Source of the DNA: a virus
DNA length: 64,000 nt
Direction: 5' to 3' (one strand)
IMG/VR virus record: IMGVR_UViG_3300009523_000001
Span: 1 to 64,000 of that record
In this document: positions 9,174 through 18,588 of the stretch, one piece after another
Position numbering within the stretch: the stretch's first letter is position 1
Layout of the letters: each line of letters begins with the position of its first letter
The notes under the pieces: model-generated
Databases searched by the model: none
The model's input: only the letters and a program-made list of their open reading frames with translations
Told to the model about the DNA's origin: nothing
Position numbers and translations under genes: made by a program

Positions 9174-9773
9174 TCATTCGTAGAAGGATCCAGCAGGAAT
9201 GGGGACGTACGGGATTGTGCTGTCTCCCGGGAACCACTGGTAGTTCGAGGGAGACAGCCCGACGAAGACGGCGGCTTCCTGGTCGGGGCGGCCGTTGGTC
9301 ACCCACTGGCTGTACCGGTGATTGCCCTCCAGCAGGAGGGGTGCCCGCACCGTGTGGCCCCAGAAGATCAACCCGTCGAGCGACACCGCATCGCTGGGCT
9401 TCATCGTGGACTCGAAGCCCCACTCGCGGACGATGCGCTGGCTGCTGGAAAAGAGGGCGCGACCCCGGTACCAGATCGTGTCCGGTGGGATCTCAACCCA
9501 GAGCCACCGCCGCATCCCGCAGAGGGCGCGTAGGCGCTTGCGGTTCTGCTCTCGGTCGTGGAGATCGGGCGCGTCGAGCGAGAGGCGGAGGCTCAGGCCG
9601 GTCACCGAGCGGACCGGTTTGCCAACCAGCTCGCGAAGCACTCGACCGAGTCGCCCGATCAGGCTCGGTTGTCTGTGGCTCTGACGCTCAAGAATCGGAA
9701 CTTCGGCCGTCAGCCACGCGCAGACGACTTCGTGGACGCTGCAGGGGACCAAGTCGGAGAAGCCGTTGATCAT
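9174..9773 (-). CDS. Hypothetical protein with ParB/Srx-like motif
   Basis: PLLLEGNHRY resembles the ParB/Srx (D/E)GxHR motif. Confidence 0.45.
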   Translation of the reverse strand: MINGFSDLVPCSVHEVVCAWLTAEVPILERQSHRQPSLIGRLGRVLRELVGKPVRSVTGLSLRLSLDAPDLHDREQNRKRLRALCGMRRWLWVEIPPDTIWYRGRALFSSSQRIVREWGFESTMKPSDAVSLDGLIFWGHTVRAPLLLEGNHRYSQWVTNGRPDQEAAVFVGLSPSNYQWFPGDSTIPYVPIPAGSFYE

Positions 9774-10120
9774 GGGATAACCCTCGGTACGCGGCCGGTT
9801 CCGGCGCACGTCGGGCAGGTGGTCTCTTCGAGCCGATCGCGCATCTTGCGATCAACGACCAGGTGGATCGGGCTCGCGCTGCCTGGAGCTCGCGCGTGCT
9901 GCGCCTCGTTCTCCGCGAGCGCGGCGGTGATGTCCTCCGCAGTCGTGCCCGGCCGGAAAGCCCACCGCTCGTCGCGGGGGCCGTCGGGCGCGAAGTGCGG
10001 GCAGCCTGCGAATGCGCAGAGATTTGGTAGCGCACCGTGGACGCACGGAACGGGATCGCTCACGGGACCGGGGTCGCTCCTTTTCGGAGACGGAGGGTCA
10101 TTGTGGCGCTTGGCGATCAT
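9770..10120 (-). CDS. Small Cys-rich protein
   Basis: CVHG..CAFAGCPH, CPTCAGTG. Confidence 0.45.
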   Translation of the reverse strand: MIAKRHNDPPSPKRSDPGPVSDPVPCVHGALPNLCAFAGCPHFAPDGPRDERWAFRPGTTAEDITAALAENEAQHARAPGSASPIHLVVDRKMRDRLEETTCPTCAGTGRVPRVIP

Positions 10121-10137
10121 GGTGCGTTGCCGGCGCC

Positions 10138-11489
10138 TCATCGGGGGATCCATGTGCGCTTCGTGATGAGTCGAATGCACCGCTCGCAGGTCACCCGATC
10201 GCGCGAATCGGTGCGTGAGCTGCGGGCGCCGCACCACGGCTCGCCGACGCACTCTCCCGCCACCTGGCCGTTCTTGATCCAGGGCTTGCGCGCGTGCATG
10301 ACTCTTTTCATGATCCCTCCGGGGGTGGCGGTTCAAAAGCCGCGAGCTTCGCGACGAGTTCTGCCAAGCGGAGCCGCGCGGCATCCGGATCGCCGGCGCG
10401 ACTAGAAGCGATGGACCGTACGTGCGTGAGGGCCGCGCTTGCGACCGCGCGAGCATCGTCGAACGTACGCCCAGCCACACCACACCGAGCGATGTAGCTG
10501 TCGAAGTAGGCTGCCAAGTTCTCGGCCACTTCGATTGGTACTGAAAAGTTGGTCACCATCACCCGACCTCCGCCAGCTTGTTCAGCTTCGCGCACTCGGG
10601 GCAGAGTCCGCCGCCCTGTGCGAGGAACTTCTTGAGCCACTTCTCGCCCTCGGCGTTCAGCCGGACGAATCCGCCGGTCGTCGCGCCGCAGAGTCGGGTG
10701 ACGGAGCGACCCCTCGGGAGGAGGTGGATGTTCTGCGGGAGGGCGTGGTGGCGTGTCATTGCGATGTGCCTTCCGCGAGTTTCGCCATTGCATCCTCGTA
10801 TGCGTGTTCAAAGGCATAACCGACAGAGGACCCATCTCCGCTACCCTCAAATCCGTTGACCTCTACACTGATCCACCACCACGTCAGTGTGCTGTTGCCG
10901 TCGGCGTGTCCCTTTTTCACCTTCGTCAGGAGAGAGAATTTTGTCATGGGCACCTCGTGGCGGTGTCGGGCTTCAGTGGGGCCCCGAGCGGCAAGTGGCC
11001 GACGTCCCAGCCGGCCGCTCGGAGTTGGGTTTCGCGGGCCTCGATGAGCTCGACCGGGACCCGTTCGCGGATCATGCCGTGCTTGCGGTGGCAGTAGGCG
11101 AACATGAGGACGGTGGTCATGGGGAGCTTCTCTCTGGCAGCACGGTCACCGCCCAGCCGGCCTTGCGGTAGACGCGGGTGGCGGCAGCGGCCGCCTGCGG
11201 GGAGGCGCACTCGTGGCGGTGGACGATGCCGGGCTTGGCGACCATCACGAGGTACTTCCGGGTTGCGGGAACCGTGTGGATCTGGATCGCGTTCATGGTT
11301 TCGGCTCCTTCAACCTTAGAGGTAGTCGATCAGAGCACCGCAACCGACGCAGCGATCGACCTCGTCGAACTCCTTGTGCTCGCACGTCTCTTCGATGGTC
11401 CGGTACTCGGCCTTCAAGACATTGAGCTGTCGACGAAGCTGGTTCATCTTCTTCTTGATCTCTCTCAACCGATTGGGTTGCCAGCTCAT
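10138..11489 (-). other. Run of seven very small coupled hypothetical genes (10138-10311, 10308-10559, 10559-10759, 10756-10947, 10944-11120, 11117-11296, 11316-11489)
   Basis: Consecutive start/stop overlaps and SD motifs; several Cys-pair motifs. Confidence 0.55.
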
Positions 11490-11499
11490 GGGATTTTTC

Positions 11500-11850
11500 T
11501 CAGGCCGCCAGGTGGGCGAGCCCCTCCTTGATGAGTGCCTCGATCGGTTCGCGGCCGACGCGGTCGCCGAGGCCGTCCACGAACCGGCGGACGGCCGGTA
11601 CCTTGAAGCCCATACCCACGAGCGCGGAGACGAGTCGCCCGGTCTCCAGGTCGACGTTCCGGGCGGGCGGGGGGACGACCCGGAGGTTCGGGCGTCCGGG
11701 CGCCGGGGCGGCTTGGGGGCGCGGCCGGACCACGGTAGCAGCTCGCAGGGCCAGGGCCGTGACGAGGCGCACCAAGGCGGCGCCCAGCTCGAGGACGGCG
11801 GAGATCAGAGATACCAGGGCGACGTACAAGCGGACGGTGGCGATTTTCAC
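11500..11850 (-). CDS. Protein with hydrophobic N-terminus and RuvA domain III-like C-terminus
   Basis: LVSALVGMGFK...IEALIKEGLAHL resembles the RuvA C-terminal helical domain; GGAGG RBS. Confidence 0.55.
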   Translation of the reverse strand: MKIATVRLYVALVSLISAVLELGAALVRLVTALALRAATVVRPRPQAAPAPGRPNLRVVPPPARNVDLETGRLVSALVGMGFKVPAVRRFVDGLGDRVGREPIEALIKEGLAHLAA

Positions 11851-12035
11851 GATGGACCTCCTTCGGAGGCGGCCGGAGGCCCACCGGTCGCACGGCAGTC
11901 CCTGCAAGCCACACGCTCACCGTCCATCCGGCAGCGCTCGCCGTGCGGGCAGTTGTGCGAGTGCAGTCGCTCGGTCCCACGCGCCGAGTGCGTGGCAGTG
12001 GCCGGCAGGCCACAGCGAGGGCAGGACGTCTTCAT
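11847..12035 (-). CDS. Small zinc-finger protein
   Basis: CPRCG, HNCPHGERC, CRDC. Confidence 0.5.
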   Translation of the reverse strand: MKTSCPRCGLPATATHSARGTERLHSHNCPHGERCRMDGERVACRDCRATGGPPAASEGGPS

Positions 12036-12532
12036 CGGACGCGCCCGAAGAGTAGGGGGTACTTCTTGCCCAGATCGCTGGACGGCCCGTCCCAGAAGTG
12101 GGACTCCGCCCGGATGGTCGCCGAAGCGGGAATGGGGAGCTGCTCGATGAGGATCGCTGCCGCCAGGCGGCACTTCTCGACCTCGGCGTGCAGCTTGTCG
12201 AGCTTGTCCTTGAGCGATTCCTCGGCCTCTACGCGCTCCGCGTAGTCGCGCGAGTCGGCGATCTCGAGGGCCTCGGCCATGCCCTCGGCCCACGGCTTGG
12301 AACCGTTCCAGCAGAGGGACACTCCGTTGTCGTAGGGAAGGCCGTTGCCCCAGATCCGGATGGTCCGGAGGCCGTAGTGATCGGGCTCCACGCTGACCGT
12401 GGTGCCGGGCAGTTCGGCCACGATGAAGGGCTTCACGCGGCGGGTGAATTGCGCGTGGTGGCGGAACTTCTCGAAGGCGCGGCGCAGGCCAAGGACGACG
12501 GCGATTTGCTGCTGGAGGAGTGGCTGATTCAT
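12032..12532 (-). CDS. Hypothetical protein, first gene of leftward operon
   Basis: Directly downstream of a sigma70-like promoter. Confidence 0.6.
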   Translation of the reverse strand: MNQPLLQQQIAVVLGLRRAFEKFRHHAQFTRRVKPFIVAELPGTTVSVEPDHYGLRTIRIWGNGLPYDNGVSLCWNGSKPWAEGMAEALEIADSRDYAERVEAEESLKDKLDKLHAEVEKCRLAAAILIEQLPIPASATIRAESHFWDGPSSDLGKKYPLLFGRVR

Positions 12533-12545
12533 GGGCGTTTCAATG

Positions 12546-12610
12546 AGTATAGCCATTCGGTGGATAAACGCAACCTTTTTTATTGACAATGACCACCCGT
12601 GTGTTACGTT
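12546..12610. promoter_or_regulatory. Back-to-back divergent sigma70-like promoters
   Basis: Minus strand TTGCGT-N16-TATACT (12546-12573); plus strand TTGACA-N16-TACGTT (12583-12610); AT-rich patch at the strand switch. Confidence 0.65.
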
Positions 12611-12636
12611 CAGTTCATCCCCCAGGGAGGTCCCCA

Positions 12637-14052
12637 ATGTTCACACCGAGCCCATTTCAAGTTGCCATCTTCGAAGACATCGCCAGCGGTACCGGCCACA
12701 CGGCTGTCAATGCGGTCGCCGGCAGCGGCAAGACCACGACGCTGGTCACCGGCCTGGGCCACGTGCCGGCCGGCTGCTCGACCCTCTTCATGGCTTTCAA
12801 CACGAAGATCATCGAGGAGCTGAAGCGTCGGGCGCCGAGGGGTGTCGAGGTTCGCGGGTTGCACTCCTATGGAGTCAACGCGGTCAACCGCGCGCTCGGC
12901 AACTTGCCGCTCAACAAGTTCCGGGTGGACGACTTGGCCTGCAAGTTCAGCGTGGACATCGCCAAGAACCCGGAGCTGCGCAAGGACATCACCGATTGCG
13001 TGTCGATGGCGAAGGCCAAGCTCGCGAGCGACGAGGCGGGTATCGACGCGATCATCGACGAGTTCGGCTACAACGGCGCGCAGAACGGCTCGCGCGACGG
13101 CTTCATCGCCAACGTGCTCCAGCTCCTCATGCAGTGTACGGGCACGGAGGACGGCTGCATCGACTACGACGACATGATCTGGTTGCCCATCGTGCGCAAC
13201 CTCCGGCAACGCCAGTTCGATCGCGTCTTCATCGACGAGACACAGGACCTGAATGCCGCGCAAATCGAGCTGACCCTGCGCGCCATCAAGCCGAACGGCC
13301 GCATCGTCGCGGTCGGCGACCCACGGCAGGCGATCTATCGGTTCCGTGGTGCCGACGAGCATGCGTTCGAGAACGTTGTCTCCAAGCTCAACGCCAAGGT
13401 GCTGCCGTTGTCGGTCTGCTACCGCTGCGCGAAGAGCATCGTGCAGGTGGCGCAGGCGATCGTGCCTGGCATCCAGGCCGCTCCGGACGCCGAAGTGGGG
13501 GAGGTCAAGTCGGTCCTCTACGAGGAGATGCGCAAGGCGGTGCAGCCGGGAGACTTCGTGCTTTCCCGCACGAACGCGCCGCTGGTCTCGCTCTGCCTGG
13601 GTCTGATCGCCGAAGGGCGGTCGGCGATGATCCAGGGCCGCGATGTCGGCCAGCAGCTCGCTGGGCTCGTCAAGAAGGCGAAGGCCACGAACGTGGAGGG
13701 GTTGCGGGATTACATCGAGGCGTGGGGCAAGAAGGAATGCGCCCGGCTTGCGGCGAAGCGACGCGACATCCAGCCGGTCGAGGACAAGGCGGCCTGCATT
13801 CTGGCCATCAGCGAGGGTGCGGCTTCCGTCAAGGACGTCCTCGACCGCATCGGGGCGCTGTTCGCCGATACCAACGAGAGCGGCCGGATCGTCCTCAGTT
13901 CGACGCACCGCGCGAAGGGTCTCGAGCGCGATCGGGTGTGGCTGCTCGAGGACACGTACCGCCGCCGACCGGGCGTGGAAGAGGACAACCTGTGGTATGT
14001 AGCCTGCACTCGCGCCCGCAAGTCGCTCATGCTGGTCGAGGGGCTCAAGTGA
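12637..14052 (+). CDS. Superfamily 1 (UvrD/Rep-like) helicase
   Basis: AVAGSGKTT, FIDETQD, VGDPRQAIYRFRGA, CYRC, STHRAKGLE, YVACTRA. Confidence 0.93.
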   Translation: MFTPSPFQVAIFEDIASGTGHTAVNAVAGSGKTTTLVTGLGHVPAGCSTLFMAFNTKIIEELKRRAPRGVEVRGLHSYGVNAVNRALGNLPLNKFRVDDLACKFSVDIAKNPELRKDITDCVSMAKAKLASDEAGIDAIIDEFGYNGAQNGSRDGFIANVLQLLMQCTGTEDGCIDYDDMIWLPIVRNLRQRQFDRVFIDETQDLNAAQIELTLRAIKPNGRIVAVGDPRQAIYRFRGADEHAFENVVSKLNAKVLPLSVCYRCAKSIVQVAQAIVPGIQAAPDAEVGEVKSVLYEEMRKAVQPGDFVLSRTNAPLVSLCLGLIAEGRSAMIQGRDVGQQLAGLVKKAKATNVEGLRDYIEAWGKKECARLAAKRRDIQPVEDKAACILAISEGAASVKDVLDRIGALFADTNESGRIVLSSTHRAKGLERDRVWLLEDTYRRRPGVEEDNLWYVACTRARKSLMLVEGLK

Positions 14053-14426
14053 GCCGGGGCTTCGTCCCCGTCCCCGCCTCCGCCATCCGGGAACGGTTGG
14101 CGGCGGCGAGGTTCCGCCTGATCTCCGCGCCACACGGCGAGGAGGTCTACGAGCGGCCGCACGACAAGGATGCTCGGTACACCGTCAAGGTCTACAGCTC
14201 GATCCAGCGCGGAGCTGATGAGGTCCGCGAGTGCGGGGAGGACGCGATCCGGGTCGTGGCCATCTTCCTCGACGGTCGGTTCCACTACCCGGCGCGCGAG
14301 GTCCCCATCTTCAAGGCGACCAGGGTGCACCGGACGGGGAGCGTCGAGGCCGTGCTCGATCGGATGATCGAGAGGGCGCGGGAGGCGTATGCCGCATGCA
14401 ACGGTCACCGAAACGGAGGTACCTAA
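14049..14426 (+). CDS. Hypothetical protein
   Basis: GTGA overlap with the helicase stop. Confidence 0.6.
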   Translation: MSRGFVPVPASAIRERLAAARFRLISAPHGEEVYERPHDKDARYTVKVYSSIQRGADEVRECGEDAIRVVAIFLDGRFHYPAREVPIFKATRVHRTGSVEAVLDRMIERAREAYAACNGHRNGGT

Positions 14427-14843
14427 ATGAATACTGAAACAGTTGTCGATCGGCCGGAACCGTTCAAGCACACATTCTCGCTCACCGTCGCGGTCGACGG
14501 GTTCTGGGTCGAGTACCTCACGCGGTGGCCGGACATCTTCGGACGGCAGTACGCCGGCACCTGGCTGCGCGGCGTCGAGCGGGACCGCACCGGGTGGCTC
14601 TGCTGGGAGGACGACGAGCGGCACCGGCGCGGCGAGGAGCCCGACCGCGAGGAGGCCCTGCGAGCGTGGCGTGACAACTTGCCGCTCCCGAAGGGCTGGT
14701 ACCGGCTGGACCGCGCGGCCGCTCTCCGCGCCTGGGAGGAGGGCGTCAAGCGCTGGGGCGTCGACTGGTACGAAGAGACGGACGCCAACCGCGAGGACGT
14801 CGTGGTGCAGCTCGCGCTGCTCGGGGAGATTCGATATGGCTGA
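14427..14843 (+). CDS. Hypothetical phage protein
   Basis: GGAGG RBS; C-terminal DVVVQLALLGEIRYG motif recalled from phage hypotheticals. Confidence 0.6.
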   Translation: MNTETVVDRPEPFKHTFSLTVAVDGFWVEYLTRWPDIFGRQYAGTWLRGVERDRTGWLCWEDDERHRRGEEPDREEALRAWRDNLPLPKGWYRLDRAAALRAWEEGVKRWGVDWYEETDANREDVVVQLALLGEIRYG

Positions 14844-15045
14844 CACGTATCTGCCAGGGGTCGATGAACTGCGCGCGTTTGTCCGCGCGACGGAGGCGTT
14901 GATGCTCGGGTTCAGTGCCGAGGAGGTAGGACATCTCGCCGACTACGTGGGCGAGCACGGGACCGACGGGAACGGCGGTGTGCGCGAGGACGCCGCGGTC
15001 GTCGAGTGCTTGCGCGTCATCGTCGATGCGATGGGGAGGAAGTAG
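14836..15045 (+). CDS. Hypothetical protein
   Basis: GGGGAG RBS. Confidence 0.5.
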   Translation: MADTYLPGVDELRAFVRATEALMLGFSAEEVGHLADYVGEHGTDGNGGVREDAAVVECLRVIVDAMGRK

Positions 15046-15047
15046 TC

Positions 15048-15998
15048 ATGGCGGATCGTGTCCCAGCCGTCACCGTCACCGGTGCGGGTGGTTCGCCGGG
15101 AACGGCGGACGGGGACGGGGCCAACGGGTGGATACGCATCGAGTGGGAGGAGCTAGTCATGCAGGGGAATACGGTTATTGAGTTGAGCTTGAAGCAGATT
15201 GCCAGCCGCGCCTGGCGTGATCGGACGTTAGCAAACGTCTACAAGACGGCGAGGAGACTGACTGGCAAGCAGGCGACCGTTCTGCTGAAGGTGCAGGCCA
15301 TTGTGGACATGGTCCGCAAAAACGCCAGGGGTGTCGATCCGACGGTTCAGGAGTCTTTTCTGCATGTGGACTCGATTCTTCGAGCCGGTCCGGTTGACGC
15401 TGATGACGCGGTGCTAGCCGCAGCGACGCTGTGTCTGTCCGTGGGAATCCGGTGCCGGATCGTTGGCGCACGGCGCGGACAGAGCTGGACTTGCTGGCTC
15501 GAATATCAGGATGGCTATCAGTGGGTCACCGTTGATGTGCTTGGCGGTGTACCTGTCGGTGCAGACGAGCAGCTCGTCGTCGAGTGTCAAGGAGGAGAGA
15601 TGGTCAAGGAGCGAGAGTACGCGGAGATCGAGCAGTACGACGTCGGACGCAGCACGTTCCACGCGTTCGGTCGTCACTGGCCGGTGAGTGATTTCATCGG
15701 CACGATCACAGACGTGGACGTCGGCAAGCGTGTCTACCGAGTGAGCGAGCACGCCGTCGGCGTGGAGAACGCCGAGCAGTTCAAGGCGCGGCGAGAGACG
15801 GAGGTACGGAGCCATACCCATGACAATGTCGCTTGGCTCGCAAACCTCATCTACAAGGCGCTGAATGCCCATCGGGCAGAGTTCGGTGCTCCAGACCTTG
15901 TGCGGCCACCGAATCCGAAGCAAGGCTACGCCATCGCGGTGCTCTTTGCGGACGGCAAGGACGTGGTCATTCGGTTCGAAGAGAGCGGAGGCAAGTGA
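15048..15998 (+). CDS. Mosaic protein with a degenerate transglutaminase-like domain
   Basis: DADDAVLAAATLCLSVGIRCRIV...WVTVD; in-frame internal RBS+ATG at 15159 and 15600. Confidence 0.5.
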   Translation: MADRVPAVTVTGAGGSPGTADGDGANGWIRIEWEELVMQGNTVIELSLKQIASRAWRDRTLANVYKTARRLTGKQATVLLKVQAIVDMVRKNARGVDPTVQESFLHVDSILRAGPVDADDAVLAAATLCLSVGIRCRIVGARRGQSWTCWLEYQDGYQWVTVDVLGGVPVGADEQLVVECQGGEMVKEREYAEIEQYDVGRSTFHAFGRHWPVSDFIGTITDVDVGKRVYRVSEHAVGVENAEQFKARRETEVRSHTHDNVAWLANLIYKALNAHRAEFGAPDLVRPPNPKQGYAIAVLFADGKDVVIRFEESGGK

Positions 15999-16171
15999 TG
16001 GTCTCCGTGGGCGCGTGTCCGTACTGCAAACTGAAAGTCCGATACGACAACGAGGCTCGGACCCTCGAGCACGAGGTCCCGGTATGCGTCAAGTTCGAGG
16101 CGCGTATCGCGAAGGACTTCCCGAGAGCGCACGCGGCCTGGGTTGCCGAACAAGCGGGAGGCAAGTGATGG
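15987..16171 (+). repeat. 15-bp direct repeat GGAGGCAAGTGATGG (15987-16001 and 16157-16171)
   Basis: Exact copies bracketing gene 15998-16168. Confidence 0.85.
15998..16168 (+). CDS. Small CPxC...HE.PVC protein (paralogue of 25649-25870)
   Basis: CPYCKLKV...HEVPVCVKFE. Confidence 0.6.
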   Translation: MVSVGACPYCKLKVRYDNEARTLEHEVPVCVKFEARIAKDFPRAHAAWVAEQAGGK

Positions 16172-17900
16172 CGTCCGACCGAGTCATGTACAAGGGCGGT
16201 TTGATCCGACTGATAGGCACGGTTCGGGGGTGCGAGCCGGCAGTCATGAAGGCGTTTGGCTGGCCGTGGCCGTGGCCGTTCGAGGTCCGTGACGGCGCGC
16301 GGCAGGTCATCGCCGTCTGCCTCGATCACGATACGGCCAACCAGGCGCTGCGCGATTTGCGCAAGAGCGAACAAGGAGGTGCGTGATGGCTGTCGAAGCG
16401 CGCAGGGGCTGTGGTTTTCGGAAAATAAATGGCCTCTACCTCGTGGGCGGTGGCCTCTCCGCCCCCTGCGATCGGATGCCGTACCGGCTCGACCGCTGCC
16501 CGACGTGCGGCGAGGGAGTGAAGTTCACCCGCGGGCACTCGTGGCTTCAGCCGGACTTCTTTCCGGTGCTCGTCTGCACGAACTTCGGAGAGAACCAGTG
16601 GGTGGTCACACCCAAGGGGCGCCGAGCGCTCAAGGAATGGAGCCGATCATGAGCCGGGGTCAGTTCTACAGGCGCACATCAACCAACATCCGCGCGGTGG
16701 ACAATGTCGAGCGCGAGTCGGCGGTCCGGGCTTATTGCGAGCAGATGGGCACCACCTGGGCGCTCCAGGTGCGCGGACCGATGAAGCTGCGCGGCGGTCG
16801 AGAGGGAAAGGACTTCGTCGTCGCGATAGCCCATCTCGATCGCGCCGAGTTGCAGGCGCTCCGCGACTCGATTGACCACTTCCTCGCGGGCGAAGACCTA
16901 CCGAACGAGGCGGACGAGACGAAGGTGTCGCCATGAGGGACCGCAAACCGATCGCGGTCGACAAGGTCCAGGCCGGCGGAGCCGAGGTCGAGGTCTTCTA
17001 CGACTTCCGCGAGCACGACTTCTTCTTCGAGGAGCCCGGCACGCGTAGTCGTGTACACGCTGAGACCTTCGTCGAGGTCTGGCGGCGACTGCACGAGGTC
17101 TACGAGAAGGCGGCGCCGCTCTGCTGGACGCCGGTGATCCTGGTCACGCTGCATGCCGCCTACGACGAGCAGGACCACTCGGTCCGCACCAAGCCAGTTG
17201 AGGGAGCGTCTGTCAGCTTCACGTTCCGCCGCTGCGAGCTGTCGCCGCTCCCTGACCGCGCGGAGGTCGTCGAGCGCATCGTCCGCGAGCGCGAGCGCAA
17301 TGGAGGCCGGACGGGTCGTGGCGGCTGGGGGAGCGATCAGGGGGGACCGATCGAGCGCGAGGGCTGCATCGAGCGCGAGCACGCGCTCGACTTCGAGGCG
17401 CGGGGCCCGAGCGAGTACGACCGGGAGGTGAGGGACAAGACGCTCGACCGGCCGCAGACCTACTCGAACGACGCCGACGTGGTGGAGCTGCCCTACGACG
17501 AGGACACCTGGCGCGGCCTGCTCGCGATGAAGGTCGCGGTCGACGAGCTGCACGCGAAGGTCAAGGCGCTGATCGGTCAGGCCGATTTCCGAGATCGGTT
17601 GAGACGATTCGCGCTAGGCACATCCGTTCCGCTACTGGGTGATGGCTCGGACGAGGCGAAGGTGTCGTCGTGATCGTTTTCCGCCATACGATGGATGCGC
17701 ACTCGTTCGACGTCGTGCGCGAACACGGTTCGTACGGCAGCATCAACCGTCTCGGTCGATCACCGCAAGGTCTTGTTGCCATGCTCCAGTGGCACCCGGG
17801 CTCTCCGCCACGGGTGGTGGTGGTGCACGACTACTCCAGCTTCACACTGGACGAGCTGGTCGAGATGATGGCGAAACTCAAGGAGATGTCGCGTGGCTGA
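16168..17900 (+). other. Coupled hypothetical genes 16168-16386, 16386-16652, 16649-16936, 16933-17673, 17670-17900
   Basis: Start/stop overlaps, protein-like translations. Confidence 0.6.
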
Positions 17901-17928
17901 CATCGCTCCGCTCGTCACGATCGAGAAT

Positions 17929-17957
17929 TTGACAACGATACACAATCGGTGTACACT
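17929..17957 (+). promoter_or_regulatory. Near-consensus sigma70 promoter with overlapping palindromic operator
   Basis: TTGACA-N17-TACACT; inverted repeat TACAC-N5-GTGTA at 17939-17953. Confidence 0.75.
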
Positions 17958-17983
17958 GTATGGACAAGGAAAGGCGACCGAGC

Positions 17984-18175
17984 ATGACTACGAAGGTCAA
18001 AAAGAACTCCAAGCTCCTCAAGGAGAACGTCATCAACGTGCGGTGCACCGATCAGCAGAAAGCTGCGATCGAGGATGCCGCAGGTCGCGACGGTCTCGGC
18101 GCAAGCACCTGGCTGCTCCTGCTCGGCCTCCGCGCATCACGTGCGGCGGAGTCGACTGGGAAGGAGACAAGGTGA
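17984..18175 (+). CDS. Ribbon-helix-helix protein (DUF1778/MobC-like)
   Basis: INVRCTDQQKAAIEDAAGRDGLGASTWL. Confidence 0.7.
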   Translation: MTTKVKKNSKLLKENVINVRCTDQQKAAIEDAAGRDGLGASTWLLLLGLRASRAAESTGKETR

Positions 18176-18588
18176 GCGTCTACTTCGCCCAACGACGACG
18201 AGGCGGTCTAATCAAGATCGGCTGGAGTCGCAGCGTACGTGGCCGGTTGACGGCGGTGAAAGCGAAAATGATCGGAGCGATTGCTGGAGATCGGGAGATT
18301 GAGAAAAAGCTCCATAAGCGTTTCGCTCATCTGCGAGTTCGAGGAGAGTGGTTCAAGCCTGGCGACGAGCTTTTGACGTTCATTCGAGTGGCGGCGCAAG
18401 AACATGAGCCAGACACGTCCGACGCGTTTCAGACTGCTTTCCGGATTCCTAATTTGTTGCTGAGTCGGGTTGATAAGATAGCTAATCAAATGAGTACACC
18501 TGGCAAGCGCATCAATCGTTCTGAGGCGATCCGTATGGCGCTCTATCGGGGCGTCGACCAACTCGAATCAGAGGGCAAGAAGCGATGA
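18172..18588 (+). CDS. T5orf172/GIY-YIG-like nuclease fused to C-terminal RHH domain
   Basis: VYFAQ...IKIGWS...EKKLHKRFAHLRVRGEWF; TAFRIP..LLSRVD..NRSEAIRMAL. Confidence 0.75.
   Translation: MSVYFAQRRRGGLIKIGWSRSVRGRLTAVKAKMIGAIAGDREIEKKLHKRFAHLRVRGEWFKPGDELLTFIRVAAQEHEPDTSDAFQTAFRIPNLLLSRVDKIANQMSTPGKRINRSEAIRMALYRGVDQLESEGKKR

Noticed and set aside
12531-14426. 631-aa plus-strand ORF overlapping the helicase
   Set aside because: Arg/Gly-rich off-frame translation; only the last 125 codons (from GTG 14049) look like a real gene
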